NCBI GenBank assembly: GCA_017452165.1
Contig: JAFTMY010000037.1
Location: 1 to 49,254, forward strand
Direction of reading: 5' to 3'
DNA length: 49,254 nt
DNA from: Clostridia bacterium
GTDB taxonomy: Bacteria > Bacillota > Clostridia > Christensenellales > UBA1242
Part shown: in pieces, positions 20,236-31,452 of the stretch
How the letters are laid out: the number at the start of each line of letters is the position of its first letter
How positions within the stretch are numbered: the stretch's first letter is position 1
Position numbers and translations under genes: made by a program
The notes under the pieces: model-generated
Told to the model about the DNA's origin: nothing
Database searches by the model: none
The model's input: only the letters and a program-made list of their open reading frames with translations

Positions 20236-22284
20236 ATGAGTAATAGTGATAAAAAATTTGAGTTGGTGTCAAAATATGCACCTACAGGCGATCAACCTCA
20301 AGCAATTGAAAGTTTGGTTGAAGGGTTAAATGATGGGCTTAGAACACAGGTTTTGCTAGGTGTAACAGGCAGTGGCAAAACTTTTACTATGGCAAATATT
20401 ATTGAGAAAGTTCAAAGACCAACACTTGTTATTGCTCATAATAAAACTCTTGCTGCTCAACTTTGCAATGAGTTTAGAGAGTTTTTTCCCAATAATGCAG
20501 TTAATTATTTTGTTTCTTACTATGATTATTATCAGCCAGAAGCATATATTGTAAGTTCTGACACATACATTGAAAAAGACCTAAGTATTAATGATGAAAT
20601 TGATAAACTTAGACACTCGGCGACTTGTTCGCTATTTGAAAGACGAGATGTAATTATTGTTGCGTCTGTTTCATGTATCTATGGTTTAGGTGAACCTAGC
20701 GAGTATCATAAAATGGCAATATCACTTAGACCTCAAATGGAAATTTCGAGAGATAAAGTTATTGAAAAATTAGTTGAAAATCAATATAAGAGAAATGATA
20801 TTGATTTTGTGCGTGGAACTTTTAGGGTTCAAGGAGATACACTTGAAATTTTCCCAGCAAACTCAAGTGAATACTCGGTTAGAGTTGAATTTTGGGGTGA
20901 TGAAATCGATAGAATTTGTGAAATTGAAGCAGTTTCAGGGCATGTTGTTTCAACGCTTGAGCATATTGCAATTTATCCTGCATCTCACTATGCTGTTGGT
21001 AGTGAAAAAATGGAAAATTGCCTTAAAAATATTGAGAAAGATATGATAAGTGAAGTTGCTGAAATGGAAGCAAAAGGCAAGATTTTAGAGGCAGAACGAT
21101 TAAAACAACGAACAAGTTATGATATTGAAATGATGCGAGAAATTGGATATTGTAACGGAATTGAAAATTACTCGAGATATTTTGATGGTAGAAATCCAGG
21201 AGAAACACCATATACTCTTATGGATTATTTTCCTGACGATTTTTTAGTTTTAATTGATGAAAGTCATATGACTCTTCCACAAATTCATGCTATGTATAAT
21301 GGAGATAGGTCAAGAAAAAATGCTTTAGTTGAATATGGTTTTAGACTTAAATCTGCTTATGATAATAGACCACTTAAATTTGAAGAATTTGAATCAAAAT
21401 TTCATCAACTAATTTGTGTATCGGCAACTCCTGCAAGTTATGAAATGGAACAACAAGACAATATTGCTGAGCAAATTATTAGACCAACGGGTTTAGTAGA
21501 CCCTGAAGTTGTGGTAAAACCTGTAAAAAATCAAGTTGATGACCTTATAGATGAACTTTATAAGACTATTGAAAGTGGTGGAAGATGTTTAGTTACAACG
21601 CTAACTAAGAAAATGGCTGAAGAATTATCTAAGTATTTGACTGAAAAAGGAATAAAAACAACATATCTTCACTCTGAAATAAAAGCAATGGATAGAATTA
21701 CTGTTATTAATAAACTTAGAAGTGGTGAAAGTGATGTAATAGTTGGTATAAATCTTTTAAGAGAGGGTTTAGATTTGCCAGAGGTTAAACTCGTTGCTAT
21801 TCTTGATGCAGATAAAGAAGGTTTTTTGCGTAGCACTGGTGCGCTTATTCAAACTATTGGTAGAGCAGCGAGAAATGCTGAGGGTAGGGTTGTAATGTAT
21901 GCAGATGTTATGACTGATAGTTTAAAAAGGGCAATAGATGAAACTAATAGAAGAAGAGAAATTCAAATTGCTTATAATAAAGAGAATAACATTATACCTA
22001 AAACAATTATTAAAGATATAAAAAATACTTTAAAAATTACTAATAAAGAAAATGCAAACGATAAACTTAGACCAGAGGATATAACCAAAAAGATAGAGAG
22101 TTTGACTGCACTTATGAATGTTGCTGTGAAATCATTAGACTTTGAAAAGGCAATTGTGCTTAGAGATGAGATTGCTAATCTTAAAGCAAAACAAGAGGGA
22201 AAAATTATAAAAAGAGAAGAAAAAATTGAAAAAGTTAGAGAAAAAGTTTATGAGAGAACTAGAAAGTCTAGTAAAAGTAAATAA
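20236..22284 (+). CDS. uvrB: Excinuclease ABC subunit B
   Basis: [52 protein letters not shown]. Confidence 0.98.
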   Translation: MSNSDKKFELVSKYAPTGDQPQAIESLVEGLNDGLRTQVLLGVTGSGKTFTMANIIEKVQRPTLVIAHNKTLAAQLCNEFREFFPNNAVNYFVSYYDYYQPEAYIVSSDTYIEKDLSINDEIDKLRHSATCSLFERRDVIIVASVSCIYGLGEPSEYHKMAISLRPQMEISRDKVIEKLVENQYKRNDIDFVRGTFRVQGDTLEIFPANSSEYSVRVEFWGDEIDRICEIEAVSGHVVSTLEHIAIYPASHYAVGSEKMENCLKNIEKDMISEVAEMEAKGKILEAERLKQRTSYDIEMMREIGYCNGIENYSRYFDGRNPGETPYTLMDYFPDDFLVLIDESHMTLPQIHAMYNGDRSRKNALVEYGFRLKSAYDNRPLKFEEFESKFHQLICVSATPASYEMEQQDNIAEQIIRPTGLVDPEVVVKPVKNQVDDLIDELYKTIESGGRCLVTTLTKKMAEELSKYLTEKGIKTTYLHSEIKAMDRITVINKLRSGESDVIVGINLLREGLDLPEVKLVAILDADKEGFLRSTGALIQTIGRAARNAEGRVVMYADVMTDSLKRAIDETNRRREIQIAYNKENNIIPKTIIKDIKNTLKITNKENANDKLRPEDITKKIESLTALMNVAVKSLDFEKAIVLRDEIANLKAKQEGKIIKREEKIEKVREKVYERTRKSSKSK

Positions 22285-22357
22285 TTAATCTAACCTATAT
22301 AAATGCTTATAAAATAAGGTGTTATGAGTGACATAATACTATAAATTAGAGGTTAAA

Positions 22358-25156
22358 ATGGACGATTTTATAAAAATTATTGGAGCAAGAGAAAATAACT
22401 TAAAAAATGTAAGTTTAACAATACCTAGAAATAAACTTGTAGTCTTTACTGGACTATCAGGAAGTGGTAAAAGTAGCCTTGCATTTGATACAATATTTGC
22501 AGAAGGACAAAGAAGATATATGGAGTCTTTGTCTTCTTATGCAAGACAATTTTTAGGACAAATGAAAAAACCTGATGTTGACCAAATTGATGGATTATCT
22601 CCTGCAATTGCTATTGACCAAAAGACAACTTCTTCAAATCCTAGGTCAACAGTTGCGACAGTAACTGAAATTTATGACTATTTAAGACTTTTATTTGCTA
22701 ATATTGGTGTTCCTACTTGTATACATTGTGGAAAACCTATAAATGCTCTTTCAGTTGATCAAATAGTTAGACTTGTTATGGACTGTGAAGAAGGGACAAA
22801 ATTAATGATTATTGCTCCTGTTATTCGTGGAAAAAAGGGAGAATACAGAGAATTATTTGAAGATTTTAGAAAAAAAGGATTTGTTAGAGTTAAAGTTGAT
22901 GGCGAAGTAAAAACTCTTGATGAGGAAATAATTTTAGAAAAAAATAAAAAACATAATATATCAGTTGTTATTGATAGATTGAAAAATTCAGAATCTATAA
23001 AGGTGCGTCTTGGTGAGAGTATTGAGACGGCTTTAAAAATTGCTAATGGGCTTGTAATTGTAGATTTTAACGGCAATGAGGTGCTTTACTCAAATAAACA
23101 TAGTTGCCCTGATTGTGCATTTTCTTTTGATGAAATTTCATCAAGATTATTCAGTTTTAACACACCAATAGGTGCTTGCCCTGACTGCTCAGGTCTTGGA
23201 ACTAAAAATACAATTGAAGAAGATTTGATTGTTAAAAATTGGGATTTATCGTTAGAAGATGGTGCTATTTCACAACTTGGCTGGGGTGATTATGGTTTTG
23301 GTGGTATGGTTTTTAGGACAATATCTGAAAAATTTAATTTTAGATTAGATACACCACTAAAAGATATACCTAGAGAAGCACTTGATATGCTGTTTTATGG
23401 TTCAAATGGCGAAAAACTTGACTATGTAACAAAATACTATGATACTTGGTCAGGAAAATTTAATGGAATTATACCAAATTTATATAAAAGATACGAAACA
23501 GCAGGAAATTTCACTAAAAGTGAGATTGAAAAGTATATGGTTACAAAACCATGTAAAACTTGTCAAGGAAAAAGACTAAATCCTCAGGCACTTGCTGTTA
23601 AAATTGATGGAAAATCAATTATAGATGTAACTGACCTAAATGTGCTAAAAATCAAGGATTGGATAGAAAATTTAAAACTTTCTGAGAAGGAAAAGGCAAT
23701 ATCAAATAGTATTTTTAAAGAAATTAATGCAAGAGTTCAATTTTTAATCAATGTTGGACTTGATTATTTGACACTTTCACGAACGGCAAGCACACTTTCT
23801 GGTGGTGAAGCGCAAAGAATTAGACTTGCAAGTCAGATAGGCAGTGGACTTATGGGTGTTTTATATGTTTTAGATGAACCAAGCATTGGTCTTCATGCAA
23901 GAGATACTAATAAATTAATTGCAACCCTTAAGCATCTTAGAGATTTAGGTAATAGTGTAATTGTTGTTGAACATGATGAAGATACAATACGCTCAGCAGA
24001 TGTTGTTGTAGATGTTGGACAGAAGGCTGGAGTTCATGGTGGAGAAGTGGTAGCAGTCGGTTCTCCTAAGGAAATTGCAAAAAATAAAGAATCTTTAACA
24101 GGTGCATATTTGAGTGGGGAAAGAAAGATACTTGTGCCAGAAAATCGAAGAGTTATGTCAGACAAAATACTTGAAATTATCGGGGCTAAGCAGAATAATT
24201 TAAAAAATATCAATGTTAAAATACCACTTGGATTATTCGTTGCTGTAACCGGTGTTTCGGGTAGTGGAAAGTCAAGTTTAATCAATGAAATCCTTTATCC
24301 GGCACTTGCAAACAAAATTAATAAATCTTATTTGCCAGAGGGAAAATATGACGAAATAAAAGGTGTAGAACACTTAGATAAAATAGTTGTAATTGACCAA
24401 AGTCCAATTGGTAGAACTCCAAGAAGTAATGCTGTAACTTATACAGGAGTATTCTCTGCCATTAGAGAACTTTTTGCAAGTGTTCCTGAAGCAAAAGCAA
24501 AAGGTTATAGCGCAGGTCGATTTAGTTTCAATGTAAAAGGTGGTAGATGTGAAACTTGCTCGGGTGATGGTGTGCTTAAAATTGAAATGCACTTTTTACC
24601 TGATGTTTATGTTACTTGTGATGAATGTAAGGGTAAAAGATATAATAGTAACACCTTAGAAGTAAAATATAAGGGTAAAACTATCAGTGATGTTTTAAAT
24701 ATGACAGTTGAAGATGCTTTAGAATTTTTCTATAACTTGCCAAGTATTAGAAATAAACTTCAAACACTTTATGATGTGGGGCTTGGATATATTACGCTTG
24801 GTCAGCCAGCAACAACACTTTCTGGTGGGGAAGCACAAAGAGTAAAACTTGCAACAGAATTGTCAAAAAGACCAACTGGTAAAACAATTTATATTTTAGA
24901 TGAACCTACAACAGGTCTTCATTCATACGATATAGAAAAACTTGTTTCAATACTTCAAAGACTTGCTACTGGTGGCAATAGTGTTGTTGTTATTGAACAC
25001 AACCTTGATTTAATCAAGGTTGCCGATTATATTATCGACATTGGCCCTGAGGGTGGAGATAATGGTGGAACTATTGTTGCTACTGGAACTCCTGAAGAGA
25101 TTTCTAAAATTAATAAGTCTTATACAGGTAATGCCTTGAAACCTTATTTGAAATAA
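22358..25156 (+). CDS. uvrA: Excinuclease ABC subunit A
   Basis: GLSGSGKSSLAFDT, two LSGGEAQR signatures, CxxC zinc modules, GVSGSGKS. Confidence 0.98.
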   Translation: MDDFIKIIGARENNLKNVSLTIPRNKLVVFTGLSGSGKSSLAFDTIFAEGQRRYMESLSSYARQFLGQMKKPDVDQIDGLSPAIAIDQKTTSSNPRSTVATVTEIYDYLRLLFANIGVPTCIHCGKPINALSVDQIVRLVMDCEEGTKLMIIAPVIRGKKGEYRELFEDFRKKGFVRVKVDGEVKTLDEEIILEKNKKHNISVVIDRLKNSESIKVRLGESIETALKIANGLVIVDFNGNEVLYSNKHSCPDCAFSFDEISSRLFSFNTPIGACPDCSGLGTKNTIEEDLIVKNWDLSLEDGAISQLGWGDYGFGGMVFRTISEKFNFRLDTPLKDIPREALDMLFYGSNGEKLDYVTKYYDTWSGKFNGIIPNLYKRYETAGNFTKSEIEKYMVTKPCKTCQGKRLNPQALAVKIDGKSIIDVTDLNVLKIKDWIENLKLSEKEKAISNSIFKEINARVQFLINVGLDYLTLSRTASTLSGGEAQRIRLASQIGSGLMGVLYVLDEPSIGLHARDTNKLIATLKHLRDLGNSVIVVEHDEDTIRSADVVVDVGQKAGVHGGEVVAVGSPKEIAKNKESLTGAYLSGERKILVPENRRVMSDKILEIIGAKQNNLKNINVKIPLGLFVAVTGVSGSGKSSLINEILYPALANKINKSYLPEGKYDEIKGVEHLDKIVVIDQSPIGRTPRSNAVTYTGVFSAIRELFASVPEAKAKGYSAGRFSFNVKGGRCETCSGDGVLKIEMHFLPDVYVTCDECKGKRYNSNTLEVKYKGKTISDVLNMTVEDALEFFYNLPSIRNKLQTLYDVGLGYITLGQPATTLSGGEAQRVKLATELSKRPTGKTIYILDEPTTGLHSYDIEKLVSILQRLATGGNSVVVIEHNLDLIKVADYIIDIGPEGGDNGGTIVATGTPEEISKINKSYTGNALKPYLK

Positions 25157-25264
25157 ATTATGAAAATAATTAGTTAATAAATAAAAAATAAATGAAATTA
25201 TCACTATTTTAGTCTTAATTTCATCTTTTATTGATTAAATTTATAAATTAATTTATTAAAAACA

Positions 25265-25293
25265 TTGAATTGTTAAAAATAATGTGATATAAT
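25265..25293 (+). promoter_or_regulatory. SigA promoter, extended -10
   Basis: TTGAAT-17 bp-TATAAT with TGn. Confidence 0.6.
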
Positions 25294-25335
25294 ATACACA
25301 AATATGTTTAAAAGTTTCTAATAGGGGGCTTTGTT

Positions 25336-26376
25336 ATGAAAAGATTTATATTATTTATTCTTACCATTGCATTACTTGGTGGCATTGGTTATACTGGCTA
25401 TGTAATTTTTAGTTCAAAAAATATTTCTAAGGTTGAAATTGAGGGTAATGTTCAAACAATTTATTTGTTAAATGAAACTGATACTCCTGATTTTCAAGAT
25501 GCAAAACTTAAAATCACTTACAAAAGTGGCGATGTAAAATATCTTGATATGGCAACAATTGGTGAAAAAATCACTGTTGACAACTTTACAACATCACTTG
25601 AAGCAAGTGAAACTATGAAAATTACATATAAATCACAACTTATTACTATTGATTATAAGGTTATTAAATCTGGACTTTATTATATGAGTTTTAAAGAATC
25701 AACAACTTCAACTGGAAGCAAATCTACTCAAAGATATACTATTTCTAAAACTCAAAATTTTTATAATTTAGGTGAAGATGGTGTTTTAAAATATTATCAT
25801 TATGATGGAAATAAAGGTAAGTGGTTTTTGTATGATGGAAAATATTTAAAAAATTATAAGTATGAAATAGTAAATGATAAGGTTAATATTTATCTTGGTA
25901 GTGATAAACCATCTTATGGTCTTCAAGCAGAAGCAGTTAATGGTGAAATTGTTGTAACTTCAACAAATTACTTATATGATGGTGAGTTCCAAACTGGTAA
26001 AAATGTCTTTGGTTTTACTCAATATCAAATGAAAGATAATATAGAAATTACTTCAGCAAAACTTTATAGTGATAACTTTATTACTAATACAGATGTGTCT
26101 TCAGAAGAATATTTATCTTTCGTAGCAGGTGATAATTTAGACACTTCAAGTAATAGATTATACATAAAAGTTAACTATTCAAGTCCATTAATTTATACTG
26201 CGTCAGCATCAAATCCTACTCAAATGATTAATATGCTTGGCGAGGTTTATGTTGTTTTAGATAATTCTATGACAAATAATACACTTATGACAGCACTTGT
26301 TCGTCCTTATATTTCTACTTGTTATGTGTATTATGAGACTTGGACATTACCATTTAGTTACATTGTAGTTCCATAA
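25336..26376 (+). CDS. Exported/membrane-anchored protein with bacterial Ig-like domain
   Basis: N-terminal hydrophobic segment; TIY...DFQDAKLKITYKSGD...FTTS...KITY is typical of Big_3-like Ig domains. Confidence 0.7.
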   Translation: MKRFILFILTIALLGGIGYTGYVIFSSKNISKVEIEGNVQTIYLLNETDTPDFQDAKLKITYKSGDVKYLDMATIGEKITVDNFTTSLEASETMKITYKSQLITIDYKVIKSGLYYMSFKESTTSTGSKSTQRYTISKTQNFYNLGEDGVLKYYHYDGNKGKWFLYDGKYLKNYKYEIVNDKVNIYLGSDKPSYGLQAEAVNGEIVVTSTNYLYDGEFQTGKNVFGFTQYQMKDNIEITSAKLYSDNFITNTDVSSEEYLSFVAGDNLDTSSNRLYIKVNYSSPLIYTASASNPTQMINMLGEVYVVLDNSMTNNTLMTALVRPYISTCYVYYETWTLPFSYIVVP

Positions 26377-26400
26377 TTTTGTGGTTAATATAAAAGCAAC

Positions 26401-26440
26401 AAGAGTATGTTAAATTCAATATAAACATACTCTTTTTTTT
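26401..26440 (+). terminator. Intrinsic terminator
   Basis: AAGAGTATGTT...AACATACTCTT plus T tract. Confidence 0.8.
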
Positions 26441-26577
26441 GTGATAAAATTTAAAGAATTGGGTTGTTTTATAACTTAAATAAAAATTTTAACTATATAT
26501 AGTTAAATTATTAAAGAAGAATAAAAATAAATTGTGTGCAGATACTAAATAAAAAAAATAGTTATTAATAAAAATAA

Positions 26578-26639
26578 TTCGACAAAATTATATAAAATTA
26601 AGCATTATTGTTGCAATTGATACTGATTTGTATTATAAT
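26578..26639 (+). promoter_or_regulatory. SigA promoter with upstream Spo0A-box match
   Basis: TTGCAA(26611)-17 bp-TATAAT(26634); TTCGACA at 26578 is the reverse complement of TGTCGAA. Confidence 0.5.
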
Positions 26640-26671
26640 ATCTATACTATATTTGTTTTAGGAAGTAAAAA

Positions 26672-28111
26672 ATGTATCCAATTATTATTTTTGTGGCATC
26701 AATTTTGGTTATATGCCTTTCTTTATTGTGTTTTCATAAAAAAACTGATGACAAATTTAATAAGTTTTTAAAAATATTTACAATAACATTTTGTGCTATT
26801 GGTTTTTTTAGATTTTTTTTATCAGATTCATTTGTTTTTGTTATAAATGGTGCAAGTTTTAACGGCACATATTATGATGTTACCGATGTTCTACAAACTG
26901 TTCTTCGTTGGGGATATTACTTAAATTATGTAATACTTCCAATGGCTATTTTTTTTGATAGTAGACTTTTTAAAAATATTGCTTGCTATGTTTGTTTGTT
27001 TTTCTCATTACTTTCAGCAGTATTTTTTAATAATTATATGGAATATTTTTTATCTCCAAAAGGTCAAGGACTTCATTTATATGACTGGTTTAGATATTTC
27101 TATTTTATTTTAGAACTTGTGATGGCGATTTCGATTCCTGTTATTATGCAGGTTCGTCAAAAATATTTCTTTAATTATTTAGATAAAAAAGAGTGGGCTA
27201 ATTTCTTAATTTCGTTACCATTTATTGTAATTGCATTGATGCCAGCATATGTCCCACAATCATTAATTGGTTATTCATCTCTTATTCCAACAGTTGGTTC
27301 GGTGTATCATATTGGTTGGATAACCTTATCTGTTGTTTTAATAGTAGTGTTTTATCATATTTTTAGATTTAAAGATTATAAAACAAGATATATGTTTTGT
27401 GTTTTTTTAACTTTAGCATTGTTTTTCCATTATAATTCCATTTTCTTAATGGGTATTACAATACCTCGTTTACCAATTCAACTTTGTAATTTAGCGGCTT
27501 ATATTTATATAATTACTATTCCATTTAAACTTAAAAGAACTTTTCAGTTCAGTTATATTGTAAATATTGCAGGTGCTATAGTTGCTTATGTTGTTTCAGA
27601 CTTCTCAGGTGGTGCTTTTGGTTTTTGGAATATGCACTTTGTTTATGAACATACCTTTGTTTTAATGGTGCCTGCTCTTACAATGGCGTTAAGAGTTTTC
27701 CCAAGAGTTGAGAAAAAGTCACTTAAATATGCATTTATTGGTTTTTCAATATACTTTATTTTATGTTGGATAACCGGAACAATTTTAAATGGGTTTTCAG
27801 ATAAAATTGGAACAACTGTAAACTACTTTTTTATGTTCGACCTTAAAAAAGCCTTTGGTTTTTTCCCGTTTTTAACTTTTTCGGGAAATTATTATATTGA
27901 AATTGGTAGATTTATAATTTATCCTGTGGTTTCTCTTATAATTTATGTGGCATTTTCAATACTTTATTTGTTATTTTATGGATTTACTAGATTTATGTAT
28001 AAATATGAAGATGACCATATTGAACTTAGAAAATCGGGAATAGATTTATTAGAAAAAATGACAAAAAGGAAATTTAATATTCCTAGAGATTTCCAAAAAA
28101 CTAATGAGTAG
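26672..28111 (+). CDS. YwaF/TP0381/TMEM164-family polytopic membrane protein, internally duplicated
   Basis: LPIQLC272N, FVYEH327, NYFFM in the C-half; similar TM pattern without Cys/His in the N-half. Confidence 0.75.
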   Translation: MYPIIIFVASILVICLSLLCFHKKTDDKFNKFLKIFTITFCAIGFFRFFLSDSFVFVINGASFNGTYYDVTDVLQTVLRWGYYLNYVILPMAIFFDSRLFKNIACYVCLFFSLLSAVFFNNYMEYFLSPKGQGLHLYDWFRYFYFILELVMAISIPVIMQVRQKYFFNYLDKKEWANFLISLPFIVIALMPAYVPQSLIGYSSLIPTVGSVYHIGWITLSVVLIVVFYHIFRFKDYKTRYMFCVFLTLALFFHYNSIFLMGITIPRLPIQLCNLAAYIYIITIPFKLKRTFQFSYIVNIAGAIVAYVVSDFSGGAFGFWNMHFVYEHTFVLMVPALTMALRVFPRVEKKSLKYAFIGFSIYFILCWITGTILNGFSDKIGTTVNYFFMFDLKKAFGFFPFLTFSGNYYIEIGRFIIYPVVSLIIYVAFSILYLLFYGFTRFMYKYEDDHIELRKSGIDLLEKMTKRKFNIPRDFQKTNE

Positions 28112-28123
28112 GAGAAAATAGTC

Positions 28124-28867
28124 GTGTTAGTAGAAATTAAAAACTTAACTAAAAGTTATGGTAATTCGCAAGTAAAAGCAGTTGATGATTTATCAATTTC
28201 TTTAAATTCGGGTGAAATTTATGGTTTCCTTGGCTCAAATGGTGCAGGTAAAAGCACTACAATTAAGTGTTTAGTTGGAATTTATCCTTTTAATTCAGGT
28301 GATATTTTAGTCGATGGTGTTTCAATAAAATCAGACCCACTTAGCGCTAAAAAATTAATAGGTTATGTTTCAGATAATCACGCAGTTTTTGAGAGACTCA
28401 CAGGTAGAGAATATGTAAATCATATAGCAAACTTGTATAATGTAAAAGTTGAAGATATGCAATCTCGTTGTGATAAACTTCTTAAAATATTTAACCTTGA
28501 AAAACACTTTGATAAGCCAATTAAGAACTATTCACATGGTATGAAACAAAAAATAACAGTTATTGCAGCACTTGTTCATAACCCAAAACTTTGGGTTTTA
28601 GATGAACCATTGACTGGTCTTGACCCACAGAGCGCTTTCCAATTAAAAAAGGTTATGAGAGAACATGCAAATGAAGGAAATACTGTATTTTTCAGTTCAC
28701 ATATCTTAGACGTTGTTGAAAATCTTTGTGATAGATGTTGCATTATTGAGCAGGGTAAACTTAAAGGTGTTTATGATATAAATGAAATTAAAAACAATAA
28801 GCAATCGTTAGAAAAAATATTTATGAACGAAGTTTCAGAAGACTTGGAAGATGAAGGAGAGATGTAA
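28124..28867 (+). CDS. ABC transporter ATP-binding protein (exporter type)
   Basis: GSNGAGKST, YSHGMKQK, LDEPLTGLDP, FSSH; GTG start after AGGAG. Confidence 0.95.
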   Translation: MLVEIKNLTKSYGNSQVKAVDDLSISLNSGEIYGFLGSNGAGKSTTIKCLVGIYPFNSGDILVDGVSIKSDPLSAKKLIGYVSDNHAVFERLTGREYVNHIANLYNVKVEDMQSRCDKLLKIFNLEKHFDKPIKNYSHGMKQKITVIAALVHNPKLWVLDEPLTGLDPQSAFQLKKVMREHANEGNTVFFSSHILDVVENLCDRCCIIEQGKLKGVYDINEIKNNKQSLEKIFMNEVSEDLEDEGEM

Positions 28868-30468
28868 TGACAAATATTTTAAATCTTCTCAAACTTCAAA
28901 TTGACAACCAAACAGATATTTTAAAGACTAAAACTCCTAAAAAAATGTTAGTAGCGCTTTTTAAAGTTGTTTTACTTTTAGCATTTTTGGTTGTTTTATC
29001 ATGGTTTGTTGAATCAAAGATTTTTATACTTGGTATAAAAATAAATGCAGAACTTATTGGAATTATACTTTTAATTACACAAATTATTTCACTTCTTTTT
29101 TCAATAGGTCATATAATTAATACTTTGTATTTAAGTAAAGATAATGAAATGCTTATATGCTATCCTGTTACAGCAAATCAATTATTTATTTCAAAAATAC
29201 TTCTTATTTATTTAAAAGAAATTGCTGTGAATTCAATAATTACTCTTCCAATCTTTATTTGTTTAGGATTAATGGGAAAGTTAGGTGCAAGTTTTTTTCT
29301 TTCTTTAATTATATTTTTATTAGTTTTACCAATACTTCCAATTGTTTTGGCATCATTTATTAGTATTATTGTTATGATGATTACTAAATTTTTGAAAAAA
29401 CATACAATCTTAGCAATAATAACAATTTTATCGCTTGTTTCAGCCTGTATTATTTGTTACATATTACTTGTAGGTAATATTATGGAAACATTTAATATTG
29501 CAACAAAACAACTTGAAACTGTGAGAGAAATAAATAAAAATATAGAAATATTTGGTAAATATTTAGTTATTTATTATCAACTTGGGCTTGCTATGGTTAG
29601 TTTTAAAAAGTGGTATTATATTGGATTATTTATTCTTATTTGTGCTGTATTATTTATTATTACCATTTCAATTATTAAACCATTTTATTTAAAAGTTGCA
29701 ATGTCTAGCATGGAAAATAGTTCTAAAACTAAATACAAACAAGGAACGTTTAAAAGTTACAATCCTTTTTTAAGTTTAGTTTATAAGGAAATGAAATGTA
29801 TTTTCAGGTCTCCATCGGAAATTTTTGATTTCTTTTTGTTTACACTTCTTATGCCGTTTATTGTATTTTCCTATGACAAAATGCTTATGTCTATTACTGT
29901 AAATCAGGCAGGCGTTAATATGATTGCAGGTTCACACGTTATGGTTGTTGCAATACTTGCAATGTTATCTAATATTATTTCTGCTTCTGCTGTGTCTAGA
30001 GAAGGTCGTAATTTCTATATTTCAAAGGTTATTCCAGTTAATTATTATACACAGATTTTTGCAAAACTTACTTTTAATGTAATATTTACAATTGTTTCAT
30101 TATTTGTAACAATGATTATTTCATTTTTCATTTATCCAGTATGGCAAATAATTCTTGGAACTATTGCTGTAATGTTTTTTTCAATAGGACATGCAGCGCT
30201 TAGCATTGATATGGATATTAAAAAACCAGCCAGAAACTTTGAAGGTGATGGTAAGTCTTCTAGTGTAAGTAAAAGCACAACTGCTAGTATTATATATGCT
30301 TTATTGTTTGGATTTTTAATTGGTTTTATTATTATATTAATGTCTTCTTATGAAAAAGTCGTTGTTCCTTATCTTATAATTGTTGCTATTGGACTTGTGT
30401 TTATGCTTTATAGACTTTATATTTTAGTCCTTAGAATCAATTTACAATATGATAAAATAGAAATGTAG
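28867..30468 (+). CDS. Putative ABC-2 type exporter permease
   Basis: Many TM segments; LYLSKDNEMLICYPV....FISK, KEMKCIFR, SREG...K.IPV; TAATG overlap with the ATPase gene. Confidence 0.85.
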   Translation: MTNILNLLKLQIDNQTDILKTKTPKKMLVALFKVVLLLAFLVVLSWFVESKIFILGIKINAELIGIILLITQIISLLFSIGHIINTLYLSKDNEMLICYPVTANQLFISKILLIYLKEIAVNSIITLPIFICLGLMGKLGASFFLSLIIFLLVLPILPIVLASFISIIVMMITKFLKKHTILAIITILSLVSACIICYILLVGNIMETFNIATKQLETVREINKNIEIFGKYLVIYYQLGLAMVSFKKWYYIGLFILICAVLFIITISIIKPFYLKVAMSSMENSSKTKYKQGTFKSYNPFLSLVYKEMKCIFRSPSEIFDFFLFTLLMPFIVFSYDKMLMSITVNQAGVNMIAGSHVMVVAILAMLSNIISASAVSREGRNFYISKVIPVNYYTQIFAKLTFNVIFTIVSLFVTMIISFFIYPVWQIILGTIAVMFFSIGHAALSIDMDIKKPARNFEGDGKSSSVSKSTTASIIYALLFGFLIGFIIILMSSYEKVVVPYLIIVAIGLVFMLYRLYILVLRINLQYDKIEM

Positions 30469-30478
30469 GTGAGGTGTT

Positions 30479-31399
30479 ATGAAGAAAACGGTAATTATAA
30501 TTTTAGCCATACTACCAATATTTTTAGTTATAACAATTTCATTTGCAGGAAAAATTTTATCTTTATATCAACACATTGCCGTTGAAAAAGTTAGATTTGT
30601 AGATGAAAGTAATAAAGAATTTGAACCAGACTATATTTTAGTTTTAAGTGTGGGGGAAGAAAAACAAACAAATGTAAGAGTTTATCCAGACCTTGCATCT
30701 AATAAAAAAGTTACATATATTTCAGACAATGAGAGTGTTTGCACTGTAAATCAAGAAGGAGTGGTTAAAGGTGTTTCATTTGGAACTTCTGCAATCATTG
30801 TTAAAACTGAAGAGGGAAGCAAAACTACTATGCTTGTCGTAAAAGTAACTCAAGATAAGGTTTTAGGTGTAACTCTTTCTCATGAGACATTAGATCTAAA
30901 AATAGGTGAAAGTAAAGTATTAACTGCAACTGTAGAAGCGTATGTTGCTCTTAATAAAAAAGTAATTTTTACTTCTAATGATGAAACAGTTGCTACTGTT
31001 AATGCAAATGGAAAAGTTGAAGCGGTTGGTATTGGTCAAGCAATAATAACTGTAACAACAGAAGATGGTGGTTTTACTGATACTTGCGTGGTAACTTGTA
31101 TAGAAGGTATTCCAGCACTTCAATTTGATTTATCAAATGATAGTAATTTCGTAAAAAGCGGAAAAGGATATATTGTGTATATTAAAGAAATCGACTTACT
31201 TAATTATTTAAAGTTTGACGATAAAAAGGTTGATATACAAGAAATTAAGTTCAGAATCAAGTCAGGTGGTAGTTCTGCTAGTTTAACTGGTGATAAACTA
31301 ACAATAACTGGTAAGGGCATTATAACAGTTGTTGCTTATGTTGGAGAGCAAAATGATCCAACATATCAAACAGAATTACGTATGATGATTCAAGATTGA
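30479..31399 (+). CDS. Membrane-anchored protein with Big_2 Ig-like domains
   Basis: N-terminal TM; ASNKKVTYISDNESVCTVNQEG.V, SNDETVATVNANGKVEAVGIGQAIITVTTEDGG. Confidence 0.9.
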   Translation: MKKTVIIILAILPIFLVITISFAGKILSLYQHIAVEKVRFVDESNKEFEPDYILVLSVGEEKQTNVRVYPDLASNKKVTYISDNESVCTVNQEGVVKGVSFGTSAIIVKTEEGSKTTMLVVKVTQDKVLGVTLSHETLDLKIGESKVLTATVEAYVALNKKVIFTSNDETVATVNANGKVEAVGIGQAIITVTTEDGGFTDTCVVTCIEGIPALQFDLSNDSNFVKSGKGYIVYIKEIDLLNYLKFDDKKVDIQEIKFRIKSGGSSASLTGDKLTITGKGIITVVAYVGEQNDPTYQTELRMMIQD

Positions 31400-31452
31400 T
31401 TAATAATTTAATCAAAATTTACTCAAACTAAAAAATATCAAAGGAGAAAAAT

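Noticed and set aside
22285-22357. TAACCT...AGGTTA pairing that could sequester the uvrA SD
   Set aside because: Only 6 bp across a long AT-rich loop; compatible with chance.
20236-25156. Possible arginine codon reassignment, as reported for some low-GC uncultured Bacillota
   Set aside because: AGG (GDRSRK) and CGA (ERRDV) occupy conserved Arg positions of UvrB; no in-frame TGA read-through is needed; CGG could not be assessed.
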